A stretch of 64,000 bases of DNA from Fimbriosthenelais zetlandica. Its lineage: Eukaryota. A model generated the notes under the pieces. That model was not told the DNA's origin and ran no database searches. It worked only from the letters and a program-made list of their open reading frames with translations. Shown here one piece after another: positions 1-13,800 of this stretch (positions within the stretch are counted from its first letter, which is position 1; the number at the start of each line of letters is the position of its first letter). Position numbers and translations under genes: made by a program. The stretch spans positions 48,980,001-49,044,000 of the forward strand of contig OZ365111.1 of NCBI GenBank assembly GCA_977030845.1, in the 5' to 3' direction.

Positions 1-1336
1 CATTGTTATATACAAATCCTTCTAGCTGTTATAAATCTTAAATTTAAATTCCTTACCAACACTTGGAGCTATTGGAGCTATTGCCTGCGATACAGATAGG
101 CACCATTCACTTTGAGGGTGGCTTTTCTAAGTCTAAATCTAAAATCCGTTTCGCCATAATTTCATGCAATACAGATAGGCTGGCACCTATGTCTAAAATG
201 CTCCTTCAATAATTCATTATAATTATGTAGGTCTATTCTCTCAATAGCTAGGTAGGTAAAATTCTAATGGGCAATATCATAAACGATCAATCTCTATTTT
301 GATAGACGGAATGACAAAGTCTATTTATTTATGAACAGATTACCAAACATTGTCTGGAACATGAAATTGATTGTAGTGATAGACGGACGATCATTCAAAC
401 ACTGTCTACAAACAATTGAGGGTTCAATCATGCTCTCAGATAATTGCTCTCATGCCCTCATAATGATGTTATGCTCGAATTACGCATTTGAGGGGAAAAA
501 AGAGAATATATTCTGGTGAAATTCTACGCCGCATGGTCGTGACGATGTTCGTATTGTGAGGTAACACATGGGCGATAATAGGGGACTTCTGATATTTTCT
601 TAATTCACAGTCTTTCTTTTGGCACAATTTTATCTAATATACGTGCACGATTGCCTGTAAAATATTTTTACAATTTGCAATAATTATATTAGTTCGCCTC
701 CTACACATGTACGCCTACCTATGTAGGTGTTGACGTCATAGTATTCTAATTTCAAACATATTTGCGCCATGTTGACTATTCTCGGGTAATCGTTGTCAAT
801 TAAATTAGCACAATCAGAAACAATCACAATCAGTGTAGGCCATGCCTTAATTCATACTTTGAGAGATATTTGAGAGTACATGAAGAAGCACTGAAGGGTC
901 ATCTGAGATTAATGCATACCTGAGAACTTAGCCTCATAGTTAAAGGCACAAACAGGTAGCATTTGTGCAATGGAGGACAGGTTACATGTTTCTTTCTACG
1001 CATCTGTCTGACTTGGGGTGTCGATATAGGGCCTATATTATATAAAGTACCTTACCTGGTTCAGGTATTTTACCTGAAGGTAATATTTTCATGATTAAGT
1101 GTTAATTCCCTGATCGTCATGTGTAATGTATAGAATACTGGTCGCTCAAATAATTACTATTTGAGCGACCAAGATATCCAAAAGGAAGGGTACCTAACCC
1201 GCTAAACGCCCCTGCATTATTAAATTCAGCCCGGGAATATCAAAGCTTGATACAATAGGCTATATTTAAACTATGTTTGTCTGATCTTCTAATATATGCA
1301 TGCTCAATGATGAATAATTGGCAATGGACTTCTCAC

Positions 1337-4300
1337 CTGAGATCTTTGAAGTAAGGATGTTTGAGCGCTTGTTTGGCTGAGATCCGTTCATCGGGATCGT
1401 ACGTACACATCAGATTGATCAGCTCTATACAAGATTCAGAAGTATGGGCCAACAGCTTGTTTATCCCTGACCCACGTTTTGGTGGAAAGTTGAAATTCAT
1501 CCCTCGCGTCTTACTGGAAATGTAAAAAATAATCAGAGTTAATATTACGTACATTGTTCACAAAATAATGAAATAGGCAAGTCCCCACTTTCTTACAGAT
1601 CCTCACCCTTGATCAATACATAATACATGATTGTTTTCCATGTCGGTTCTCAGATTAGCTGTCATAAATGGCTCAATGTTAAGGAAAGTAGATGATAATA
1701 GTGCTAAATTAGAATCATAATGATAATGAAAGATTATGATACTTTTTCTTTCATATAATCCTTTATCGATTTGATACCCCTTGAAAACATAATTAGCAAA
1801 TCCAGAGGCATGAGTTATTGGTTACTGGGATGCTTGATGGAGTATAGTATTTGGTATAGTCGTTCAGGAATCTTTCAGGTCATGAAGTAGTCAAAGCAGT
1901 TTATATAGATCCTTTGGATCTAACCTTGCAATCTGACCCAAGCATTCCTATAGTTATATTGAATTGAAGGAAGATACTTATGAATATTATGTCAGAACTT
2001 GGGGTATTTGGAGAGGCAAAAGATTCCACACTACTAGGTGTTAAAAAACTACAGGAGTCGGTTTCAAAAGGCGGATTAGCAATGCTAAGTCTATCGGTAC
2101 TATTTGTTTTGAAACAGGCTCTAGCCAGAAGGCCATTTCAAAACAGAAATTGGCCATAGACTTAGTTAGCATTATTAATTTTTCTTTTGAAACGGGGGCA
2201 CCAGGATGCCAGGTAAATTAAGCCTTCTGTAACAATTGGAAATATATCCTTAACTGCAAGAACCTGTTAAGCATTTCTGGAGGGAAATTTAGATTTTATT
2301 CACGCCCACTTCTAAGAGAGAGTTCTTGAGAAAGTTTCCATTTGTTGGTACTGAACCTTTTGCTGGTGACGTTTAGAAAGGACCTGGCATTGGGTAACAC
2401 GTTCTCCCACGATAACATGTCCTCCTGTGCAAAATTCCGTCCTCTACTGCATTTGTAATGAACTGTATTAACACCAGTTTTCTAGCCAAAGGAACAAAGC
2501 TAGATATGGTACGTAGCTCCTGTGAGCATTGCAATGCACAAGAAATAGGAAATGCTTGATTGCATTACTACTGATCAAGCATAATGCACAGAACATAATT
2601 AGTTGCATTATCTTGTACCCACTTCGTCTCTAAAATGATACTTACTTTCTGAGCTTATTGATGACAGAGGGGTCTGGTGTGCCAATGATGTCATGAATCT
2701 TGGCGATTTGATCTACCTCATTGGATCCTGGGAACAGGGGATGTAAACTGTGAGAAAGAGAATTAAAAAAACTTCATTCAGCGTTGAAGAACAGTGACTG
2801 AGATAGAGTCAAAATCATCGAACATGCAAGGTAAAGCCAAGGTCTTCAATAGGCAGAAATGTGGACACAAGTATATATTGGACTAAAGGAAATCATTGGA
2901 GCGTGACTTGATTGAGGTAGACACAATCATAGTGCACTGTATTTGAGTTAGACTTGAGTGTTTGTTTTCTTTTTATACGGGGCTAGTATTGTTTGGGGTA
3001 TTCACGGGTCAATCACCTCAGGGTTTTAGATCTCCATTTGGATATTGTTATAGTTACTATTATTACCTCATGCTTCAATGCAGGTTACCCATATACCGAT
3101 GGTAAAGATTGAAATGAAAGTAATGGATTTACCTCAAAACTTCAAAGAAGACACATCCTACACTCCACATATCCATTTTGTATGTATAATAGCCGTCTGT
3201 TAAAAGGCATTCTGGAGCACGGTACCTGCAAAAATCATGAATACTTTGAATGTTGGGCAGGCGAGGGCTTACAATGAACAGAAAATTCAAAAGTCTTTTT
3301 CTGAACTTACCATCTGGTAGATATGTACTCTGTGTAGGGCTGTTTAGAGTAGACACTACGACAGGAACCAAAATCTGCCAACTTTAGGACATCGTCCTGA
3401 ACAAAACAAGACATAATTTGAGGTACAGTATAAGAGAATGTTCTACAAATAATGCTGAATTCTTTCAAAGTCAGATTGAAGTTTTCAATGTTGATAAAAG
3501 TTTACCTTTACTAGTATATTCTCTGGTTTCACATCTCGATGAAATATACCGTTCCTGATTGGCGAGGAAACAAAACAACAAAATGCAAAGATTAGCATTA
3601 AACTCATAATGCAAAGATATATTGATATGATATTTAGTAGAGTATAATTCCTAAGGATATGGTCTTAAAAATTAATAAATTATGAGACATATGAACTATA
3701 TGATTTCTATATTAATTAATATTTTTAAATAACATTTTATTTTAATTTTCTTATTTTTTTAAAAAGATTTCCTTCTGTTAACCTCACCTATGCATGTGCT
3801 CTATAGACTTACACAACTGGTACATGTAATTCTTTATTTTTCCCCCGTGGAGGTATTTGTGCCTGTCTGGAAACGTGGAGAAGAGGAAAACATTGAAAGC
3901 CATTAGTCATAAGCAAGCGAAAAGCACTAGGGGGAAGCACTGTCTAAGGAGAAAAGGCGGAACAAATGATCCAAACTGAAAGATTTGCAAGCAGAGTACA
4001 TGTATTGTCAACTGCATGTCTACGTCCTAAAGAGTTAGGAAAACCTAGGGTCTCTACCTCTAATTATCAGAAAGTCGTAAGCTAGGGGAACATCAGGACT
4101 TCTCAGAATAATTATCAGAAAGGCGTAGAAAGCAAAGACGTGTGATAGCTCCGTCCATGCAATAGCATATCAACTGCAACTAAACTTTAAGCTACTAAAT
4201 GCATTAAAGAGGAAGCCAGAAAACTATATGCCAACCACAAAATTGTGTATACATATAGACTCTCAAATAGGACTATATATGGCTGATGTTTATTTATTGA

Positions 4301-6061
4301 CTTCTTCAATTTGGTGATTGACATAAAGTGTGGATTAGTGGGGCATTGTACAACAATGCTTTAGTCTATGGTTGTACATGTACAATGGAAGACATTCAGC
4401 AAGATCATCAGCTGTATACCTATGCATATGATCCACAGACTTGAGTAACTGATGCATCAGGGATCTGACCTTTCTCTCTGGCAGATATCGACGCCTTCCT
4501 ATAGAAATAATAGTCACTATAGGTTGTTACAAGTTCATGCAGGAGAAGGGAATCCTCAAGCTCACCAAACTCTCATGAAGTTATGCTTTCCTTTGAGTTC
4601 CTTTGAGACATTGTTAGTAATAGGATAGTAAACTCTTTAATAATTAATTGTCCTATATATGAGGGCCAATTAGGGGGTCTCTTGTAATAATTTATCAATT
4701 GTAGGTCAAGAAATTATTATTAATTTTAGTCATTTTGCGTCTAATTCCAACCTGCTTGGTCTAAACATGTTATGAGTTCTGCTTTTGGTCACAAATCTGG
4801 CTTAATCCCTGCATGGTGCCTCTGGTCGGGATTAACAGATTAGTACCAGTGTCTAATCCACCGTATCAATGATGCATGACTTCTATATAATACAGCATAT
4901 ACCAGCAATAAACTTAATGAACAACATACCAGTTACCATTAAAATCCCCAGACTAGTCAGTCTTAGGTTTATATAAAAATTCTATAAAGTATTTACACCA
5001 TATCACATGGACGCACATATGTGTGTTTTCCGTCGGGCCGCGATTTTTTTTATGTATTTAAAAAAAATACATTTAAAAAAATTTTCATTGGCTTTTGTAT
5101 GAAAAAACGCTTTGGTGTCTGCATCATAGGATCAACATTTAAGGGTGTGCGGAGCGAAATACGAAGAAACACACTGAGGTATTCCTTCGTATTTACATAC
5201 ATATATACCTTTTCCAATATCAGAAATGAAATAAAATTGAAGAAACGACGTATTGAAGTAAGCACCCACCTCTGATCATCTCATAGATGTTCATGTCCAT
5301 CAGCTCACATATCAGAACCAGAGTCCCACTCTTCTTATCACTAAAAGAGGGCAGAAATAAAGTGATATATCAATAAATTCAGTTTGATTTATGATCTAGC
5401 GAAGTCATTGGATCATTTCTATTACGCAGTTACATCTGTCGCTAAAATGAAAGTTTAATAAAGGAATTTAAACAGTTATCTTTGGGCTCCATGCACCTAG
5501 AACCAAAGTGACGGGGTGAAACGTGTTTTCGTTTCGTTTTTCGTCATCTTTGATTAAGTGGGTAGGAATGGGCCATCATGGGATATATTCATTTTATTTG
5601 TTCATAACTTACAACATGACCTCGTGCAGCTCCAGGATATTGTCATGAGGACTGAGCCGTCGTAGAGCCTGTATTTCCCTGAGATGATTCACCTGTTCAA
5701 CACTGCAAAAATAAACATCGGTCAGAGTTGATCAGCAGAACCGAGATGACGTCACTTCCTGGCGCGCCATTTTTTTTTTTAAACATGGCGGCCATGAGGT
5801 CAAAGTTCATGACCGTAGTTTCAATGCTAAATATGTCCTATACTGACATCGCTGTCCCTGATATTAACTCTCTATCACCAATTGATACTCTGAGCCCCCT
5901 GCTATGAAGAATAATGAAGAATATAATGAAGAATGAAGAGTGTCACCTGTCATAGTGTTGTTTCATCTTTTTACAGGCCCAGAAGCTGCCATCTTTAAGG
6001 TTTTGACATTTGAGTACTTCCGAAAAAGTACCTTCACCCTTTTTGCCCAGCACCCGGTATT
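1337..6061 (-). CDS. MOK: MAPK/MAK/MRK overlapping kinase (MOK-like), partial. Exons: 5947-6061, 5613-5702, 5270-5340, 4420-4498, 3506-3554, 3311-3396, 3133-3225, 2646-2748, 1337-1513. The start exon and 3' exons are unresolved.
   Basis: Nine GT-AG exons splice in frame: [18 protein letters not shown]...ACKKMK...[13 protein letters not shown]...[11 protein letters not shown]...[32 protein letters not shown]...[11 protein letters not shown]...[10 protein letters not shown]...[18 protein letters not shown]. The TEY activation loop and [13 protein letters not shown] are characteristic of MOK. Confidence 0.93.
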
Positions 6062-6179
6062 CTGCCAAGAAAGAATGATAATCAATGTGAGAATTATAGT
6101 GGACACAGCAGGCATCTAAGACAAAAGTCTTTAAAAAATTTAATTAAACAGCAGAAAAATACATATTAACCAAATTGAT

Positions 6180-7940
6180 ATCATAGCTAGGCCTTTATTG
6201 GAATCTGCCTAATTTAGTTTATTCAGTCTGCTTCTGGGTATAGTTTTTTCCATTCGAAAGTGCAAACTGTTCAAAAGGTATTCAGGTTGTTAAGCAATAT
6301 TCGAAACCAAGTTTTTATTTTCAAACAGGGATTTTTTGTGACCCACAAACTGAATGTAATCATGGAGATGTAACAGTAGGAAGAGAGAGGGGCTTGATTC
6401 ATGGGAAATATTTACATTTTCCGTAGCGTATATGAAACAAGCCCCAGATGATTCATGGAAAGAGGAAGAAGAATGTTTAAAATGGTATTCAGGTATGTTA
6501 AAAAAGTAGGGTTGCTTCAACAAAAGTTATTAAGTGAAGTGCCATGATCACAAGATGACCGAAAACGGCATTCTAAACATTCTTTTGAATTGTATCACAC
6601 AAATTCACAGTATATATATAATTCACTGTTCACCTATTCAGTAAACGTGAGTTAGTGAAGGCCAAATAATTATAATAGGTTCTGATTTACTTAAAATAAT
6701 TTCAACTGGAAAGGGAAGTTAGAAAAGGGAAATAATATCTCAAGTATCCACACACATGAACTACACCTACTTCCCCTCAGCATTAAATAATCGTCCAAAT
6801 GCACCATGGTTACTGGTAATATGGAGCAGAAACTGAAAAAAGCCATCTCGATTTTACATAATATATCTACATTTCTGGACGATAATTGATATAGAATTCA
6901 ATGAACCCATGTTTTAATATCGTGATCTGTTCATAAAACTGGAAGATTTACTTCGATCAATGACTATAAAAGCTGAAGCAAGTGTAATTGGAGGTGTGAT
7001 TCTTTTTAATTTGGTTGAATAAGGTGAGAAGAAAAGTCCCCGGGCTTTATCGATGGGGAATCCCAACACAATTTCAATAGCTTTCTCACTTTAACCTGGG
7101 GAAGCTATCGCTGGAATAAGTTCCATGCACAATTGGATGCCAAGTTGAAATTTCACCCTAAATTGATGCGTGGAATATTTTCAGTCTTTTAAAGGCAAAT
7201 TATGATGTAAACATAATGAATGATCGTGAACTGTAGTGCAGGTGTGAACCAGCTATAATGTTGGCAGCCATCTGGATCCAATAATCCTGTTCGCCATACA
7301 TTGATACACTACATGAGTTGAAGAATTGAATGAGGAATGAGGATAACTCAGCATGGGGTCATATGATCTGGTATATTATGTAATCTCATTGTGGCTATCT
7401 CAGTATAATAGCAGGATACATACTTCGTGAACTGATTAATGAAGTTTCAAATTTAGTCAGTTTTCTTAACTCTACATTTTCTTAACTCTAAACATGTGAT
7501 AAATCGGTATCTTCGTGTTGAGTAGCAATATTAATAATATAAGATAATGAACAGATAAAAGAATTGATGAATCACGAATGAATGAGTGAACGATTCAATG
7601 CATGAATGAATGCTTTCAGGAATGAATGATATAAAAAATTAATCACATAGAATAGTTACTCACTATTCATTATGTACGTTGAACTGCCCGTGATAAAATT
7701 GGAGTTAATTGGTTCCGGCATTTTGAAATAAGTCCAAGTATAATTCCTAAAATGTTCCTAATGTAAAAGCACAATCAACTTCTCCCTGTGGTATCAACCT
7801 CACTTAAAACAGGTTTCTCCGCGGGTCAAAGACGAGTTCACAGGGATAAATACTGGATAAATATTCAGATATAACATCACAAACTCATTTTGTCCTTTGG
7901 TAACATTTGAGCATTAACATTATACCACACATATTCCAGC
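6180..7940 (-). mobile_element. Highly decayed non-LTR retrotransposon (CR1/L2/Jockey-like ORF2) remnant upstream of MOK exon 5947-6061
   Basis: Broken minus-strand frames give motifs in the order expected for ORF2: WNMCG (~7925-7938, APE start), LG*NFNL (GDFN-like, ~7140-7165), KTWV (PW-like), LNNF, KIPV*K (IPVFKKG-like, ~6315-6335) and MEKTIPRSRL (MEKIV..RL-like, ~6225-6255). There are many stops and frameshifts. Confidence 0.5.
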
Positions 7941-9067
7941 ACCATATTTTGGAGGACCATGTTGAATTGTCCCTATGAATTCTCCTTATCATAATCCATA
8001 TTGATTAATGTATAAGTCCGTATGTCTATCCTTTGTAAGCCAGTGATTAAACAAGTGTCCTCAAGACATCAAGAAAGGCATTTTTTTTTATAAAAGGTCC
8101 TCATGATTATAATCAAAACTAAAGGTTCTTCAACCGTTCTCAAGTTATTTCTCTCCTTGTTTTATATAGAGCGTTCAGGCGATAGTTGCTCTTTTATTTA
8201 TTATTTCCCTTTAAGTTTCCAGGCAGTTGAATGTGCTCTATTGAAGTGGTACAGTGGAGACCGGTGTGTGTAGGTGTGTAGGTGGGTGAGTGTGTATATG
8301 GAATTATGCCTGGTAGTCAGCTTTCCCGGTTAAGTCATGGATTTGGGCTCAATCCAAAGTCTACAAGCATGCTTGTTCCAACATGGACTTGTGACCATGC
8401 CCCGAACTGGCTTACCGTTAACATGTATACATATATGAAGTCAACCAGTGTTTGATTGGTGTGAATGCCGCACTCATGCTCACATGCCAATTAAGGTGTA
8501 ACGTTAGGAGGTGCAGAATCAGAATTATGTTAATTAAGTCATTTTCAAAACACATTTCGTCGCTCATGATTCGTCATTAAAACAGGTGCAGATCGAGGAA
8601 TTTGTTGTTGGTTGGGATCCACGGCTTAAGACCTCTGAAAGCATAGAACTGTTACGTAGAGTAGAGTGCTCTGTAAAGTTCTATGCTAAGGGTGGTAGGG
8701 CCCTAGCCTAGTAGGGGTTGGGGAGTGGCGGGGGGGGGGGGAGGTCCTGGCCTCCTTGATCCACCGATCAATGTAAAAATATAATTAATTTAATATGAGT
8801 TGATTAATATGAGTTGATTAATTTCATATTAATATCCAATACCATAGGAGTCGTGCAGTAAGATCGCATGTGTAAATATTCGCACACCTACTAAAAGTAT
8901 ACATCGTTTCCCATGCATACCCATTAATGGAAAACGTCCAAACTTTTCCCACCATCTAGGTGGATGGTCGAAATACATGCTGGGACGCTACCTGGTGAAT
9001 ATATTCTGACAATGGCACAGTAAGTTCCATTTCCGAGAGCCCAATGCAATATATCGCATAGACAAGA

Positions 9068-9168
9068 CATGGGCGGATACGGGGATTTGGAAAAGGAAGG
9101 CCCAGCCATGGGTCCAAACAAAATCATCTCCAAAAGGAAGGGGTTCTCACCCTCTTTGATCCGCCCTG
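9068..9168. repeat. Short MITE-like element with GGGCGGAT...ATCCGCCC termini
   Basis: The left end catgggcggatac and right end gatccgccctg are inverted. Degenerate relatives lie near 8590-8770 and 22033-22200. Confidence 0.5.
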
Positions 9169-10886
9169 CAAGACAAATACTCGCGATTTTAGTTTAGAAG
9201 TACTTAGTGCAGTAACTGTCACCTATACAAATATGAAATACATATAGATTCCCCACTATAGGTCCAAACTCGGACAATTTCCAAAAAATAATTAACTGAG
9301 ATTTAAGAAGAGAAAGCTTTTCTAACAAGAAGAGACAAACTTAAAATCGCAAGAATAAAAGGGAAAAACGACACCTGACACGACGGAAAGGTGCCTGTGA
9401 AATCGATTTCTGGACTTTTCACCGAAACTTGGGTCTCATAAAGCAAAGGACTCCTTCTTTAGTTTCGCCGCATCCTAACAATTATTGTGGTCGATGGATC
9501 TATACGCGCAGAACTAAAAAGTGTCAGCAAATGGCGATCCTTTGATTAGAGATAAAACTTGAGCAAGTTTCATAAAGAAGCAAAAGATGAATGAACTCTG
9601 GCTTCTTTGTTATATTTTGATTTCATACATTAGATTTGGATTTGAAAGGACCTTGTTTCATACTGGCATTCGGAACAATGACAAACTGAATCTGAGGTCC
9701 TAATGGAAAATAGGTGAACTTTTTATCGTATAAGAGAGGACCGTTTCATGGATGATGGTTTCGGGATGAAACGGGCCCAGGGGCCTGTCTCGGAAGATTG
9801 ATGCCTTTTCTTTGGTTATAGACTTCTAAAGCTCTAAATGCAAAGATATGGACAGGTTTGAGAGATTTGTACCTAGAAATCTATAGGCATATGGAAACGA
9901 AAGATGATGATATCGATTTCAGTTCCACTTTCTCAGCATCAGTAGCTTAACACTGAAAACAACTTTTATATTATTTTCAAGCAAGATAATCGAAAACATT
10001 ACTTATCATTATGATATAATGATTAATTTATATCGAGAAATTTAAAAATATGAAAAATAAAGGGTGTGGGCATCATCATCGTCTCCTTAATGGAAGCCAC
10101 CACCTCGCAAAATCAACAATGGAATCAAGGGATAAGGCTTCCGTTGTCATAGTAACGGAGGTACATCTCTCATGACCACTCCTGAGAAAGGACGTATTTC
10201 TCACGTTCCGTTGATCCTCATCCATATAATATGTTGTTCTGTATGCCCAGGTATACAAACCGACATACTGATATCATCAATTCTTGTGCTGCAATTCCTT
10301 TAATCACCAATAGCATCTGTACCATCTTCTATCTGGATGCCTCACTTTTGTATTATAATATGGAATGAAAACAGGGTCATTATATAACTCTTATAATTCT
10401 CCTATCACGCATCACTTTGTTTAAACGGCCACTTGACCGTCGATCCAAAGTGAGCTCAAGTAACAATTAAAAAGCTGGATTTTGAAAAAAAAGTCGATGT
10501 AAAAGACAGAATCCAGATCTCCAATATAACTTGTGCATTGGAATGAATTGCATTGTCACATCATTAGCATAATTTATGCAGGCCTCTCCTATTGGCTGTA
10601 CCTATATACATGCACAGAGCGACACCTAGCAGCTTTGATCACCAGCATTTATAAGACATCATGCTTGGTACACATGGTCTTTTCACCCACACATTCTGTA
10701 CACAATCAGGGGCATTTTTAGAGCCACCGATCTTAGAAAGCCAATCTGTCGAGATTCAACTGGGAAGCATTGTGAAAATCTCCAATATCATTGGCTAAAC
10801 AACCTTATAATTGAAGGGACCAATATTTTAAGCAATGTGGGTTGTAAGAACATGACCATTTCTTTTCCATTTGGAATTTGAAAGGG

Positions 10887-13800
10887 ATGGGTGTATTTTG
10901 TTGGAGGGTTTTGGTTATTTTGGCCTGGCCTCTTCTTGTTTTGGGTGCTGGGGACAAGAAGGAGATCCATATAATTGGTCTGTACCCTATGTCTGGAGGA
11001 TGGCCGGCAGGAGAGGTGGCTCTGGCTGCCACAGAGATGGCGCTGGAGCATGTCAATGCTAGAACAGACATTCTGATGGATTATCAACTGGTTGTTCACC
11101 CCAATGACACAGAGGTAAGTCTGGGACGTCCATTCACAATTGGAGTATTGAATTTACACTTTTTCTTATGGGATAGATCCGTTGGATTTTCTGAGCTAGG
11201 CAATTGCTGTAAGTGTAATTGCCCTTGGCCTATTGTATGGTGCTCTGTTTGCGAGTGATCTGGCAATCTGTTCATGTAATATGCTGATGCAGATTGAACT
11301 AACAATATCCACAACGAGGGATGCATTTGGGCATCCAGATTGCCAACAACAATGCATGTCAGATTTTACATAGGTTTTCTTTCCTTCAATGTATTTAATG
11401 TTATTTGTATTGCAATTTTAACTTGCAGTGTGAGACTGGGAAGGGAATAGATGCAGTCTACTCTCAGATATATCGACCTCCAGTCAAAACTATGATCTTG
11501 GGTGGAGGGTGCTCCATAGTGTGTGAACCTGTTGCTAAATCCAGTAAACTCTGGAACATATTGCAGGTACAACAATATATACATTTAAAAGGAGTTGCAA
11601 GGCAGAATATTATCCAAAACCTTTGAGTTTGCATTACTGTATCGGGACCAAGTATTTCCAAAATTTTAAAATAAATTTTGAACTAATTCATAATTTACTC
11701 TTTAAATTCTCAGCTGAGTTGGGGCTGTTCATCGCCAGCTCTCTCAGCTGTTGAGGAATACAACAGATTCTTTCGCACCATTTCTCCAGACCTCTTGTTG
11801 AATGGTGCCCGGATAGGGATGATGGAAGAGTTCAAGTGGCACAAAGTGGCAGCAATCACACAAGCATATGCCCTGTTTACAACAGTAAAAAACTTTAATT
11901 CACGTTTTAGTCTACATTCTTATTACTGAGATTACTATTATTTTAGTCATACCAATTGGTGTGTTTTAGCCTCAAGCCTGATTATGCTAACAATCATCTT
12001 TTTATATTCGAAATAATATAATACTAGGTTAAAAAATGCATTATATTGAAGACCGACTAACCTGAGCCGAATATGTGTAATAAAAATCTTCGAACTCAAA
12101 CTCAACATTTTAAGGTGTATATGGCATCATAAGATAAAAGCATCGTGAGGTATATCATCATAAGTAAACTTGTAATTAAGTAACTTCATTGATATCAATC
12201 CAGGTGATCGGGGATTTTGCAAAGAGAATGTCCAATCATGATATCGTCCTCATCACATCAGAGCTCTTTATTGAAGACCCTGCTCTGCAAGTACAAAATA
12301 TCAAGGTACGAATGAGTCTTACAAACCATTAATTCAAATAATTCAAACCAGTCATTATTTAACCATAGTCACTGTTGCATCTGTTTATTTTCTTTAGAAA
12401 CATGATGCCAGGATCATAATGCTGGGAAGCTATGAAAACATGGCAGCACAAGTGATGTGTCAGGTATTCATCCCTTAACAGATTACTTGCTCATTAAGCA
12501 TGAATATCGCCTAAAAAATTAATGTTCTTTCCAATTTAATGTACACAATGTAGACAGACTAATAGGTCTCAGAAGCAAAAGAATGCTCCATGCTGCTAAT
12601 GGAGGGATGTGGGCTTTGCCAGTCACAATCCAAACCGTAGGTCAAACCTAGATTCCTGCAGCTCACTGACTTCTTGATATTATATAATTTGTCTCTTTTA
12701 AACAGGCGTATAAGAATGGTCTGTATGGTGATAAGTACGTGTGGATCTATCTGGGATGGTATGGACTAGGATGGTATGATCAGTATGACACTGACTGCAC
12801 CAAGGAGGAAATCAGGATGGCAGTGGAGGGCATGTTTTACACAGGTTAGTGGTGGACACGTTCCCAATCTTTTGTCTCTCCAAATGTTTCTTGGGTACAA
12901 ATGAGAAATGACTTTTCTATAGCTTACCCTTTAGTCGTAAACTCACACACGAACTCCCTTATATATGGGGTTATACCAGTTAGTGTTCATTCTCATGCGA
13001 GTATTGACTTTTCTATGGCCTCAACTGCCATATATCTGCCACACCAACGATAGCAAAGAACGGATGTCTGCGTCCTCCGCCCCAATTCCTTTGCCTTGAT
13101 GACTTCTGTCTTCTGGTTAGGTTTTTATATTTGAACTCATGAATTCTACAGATCACATCTATGGGAACTTGATTGAAGAGAAAGGGATAGCAGGAGTGAC
13201 CAGGGCAGAATGTGAAGCACTCCTATACAAATTTATTGGAGACAGAAAGATGACGATGTTCCCAAACTGGCATTCTGCCTACGATGCTGTCTGGGCTATT
13301 GCCTTATCCTTGAATAGTTCTATAGCTAAACTGGATAAAATAGGTGAGTACTAAAATATAAACAGGTACCTAAGACGTAAATATACAGCATATCTGTATT
13401 AATGGGTGGACTGAAATAATATGATGCCATATCAGGGTATCATAGGTCAGGACTGTTTCATTACAGGTAAGACAATTGAGGACTTCTCCTATACAGATGC
13501 TCAGATGGCTGACATCTTTCAGGAATCTCTAAATCAGACGAGGTTTCTTGGTGTCGGAGGTCCCTTTATCTTTGATGCAAATGGCGACCCCATTATGAAG
13601 ACTGGAATCAGTCAGAACAAGGGTAAGTGACTCTGAGATGTCGGTTATAATTTCATACTTAAACCCCGTAAAGAAGCTGTGAAATAACTTGCAGTTCCTC
13701 AATTAAATGTTGCAGTTCGTCCTCTTTGTTTCTATTTTTGCAGGTGGTGTCAGAAAACTTGTGGGTATCTATGACAATATTGAACAGACTATGACATGGG

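Noticed and set aside
1139-1171. Perfect 14-bp hairpin resembling a bacterial terminator or REP
   Set aside because: The context is eukaryotic, so it is most likely a MITE remnant and is not supportable as a functional feature.
6771-6783. ATGCTGAGGGGAA|gtagg as a candidate MOK first coding exon
   Set aside because: It is phase-compatible, but such short matches arise by chance and it falls inside the LINE-like remnant.
7030-7360. AAAGTCCCCGG resembling RNase MRP RNA conserved region I
   Set aside because: There is no convincing CR-V partner or GC-rich helices downstream, and the region lies within a probable decayed LINE.
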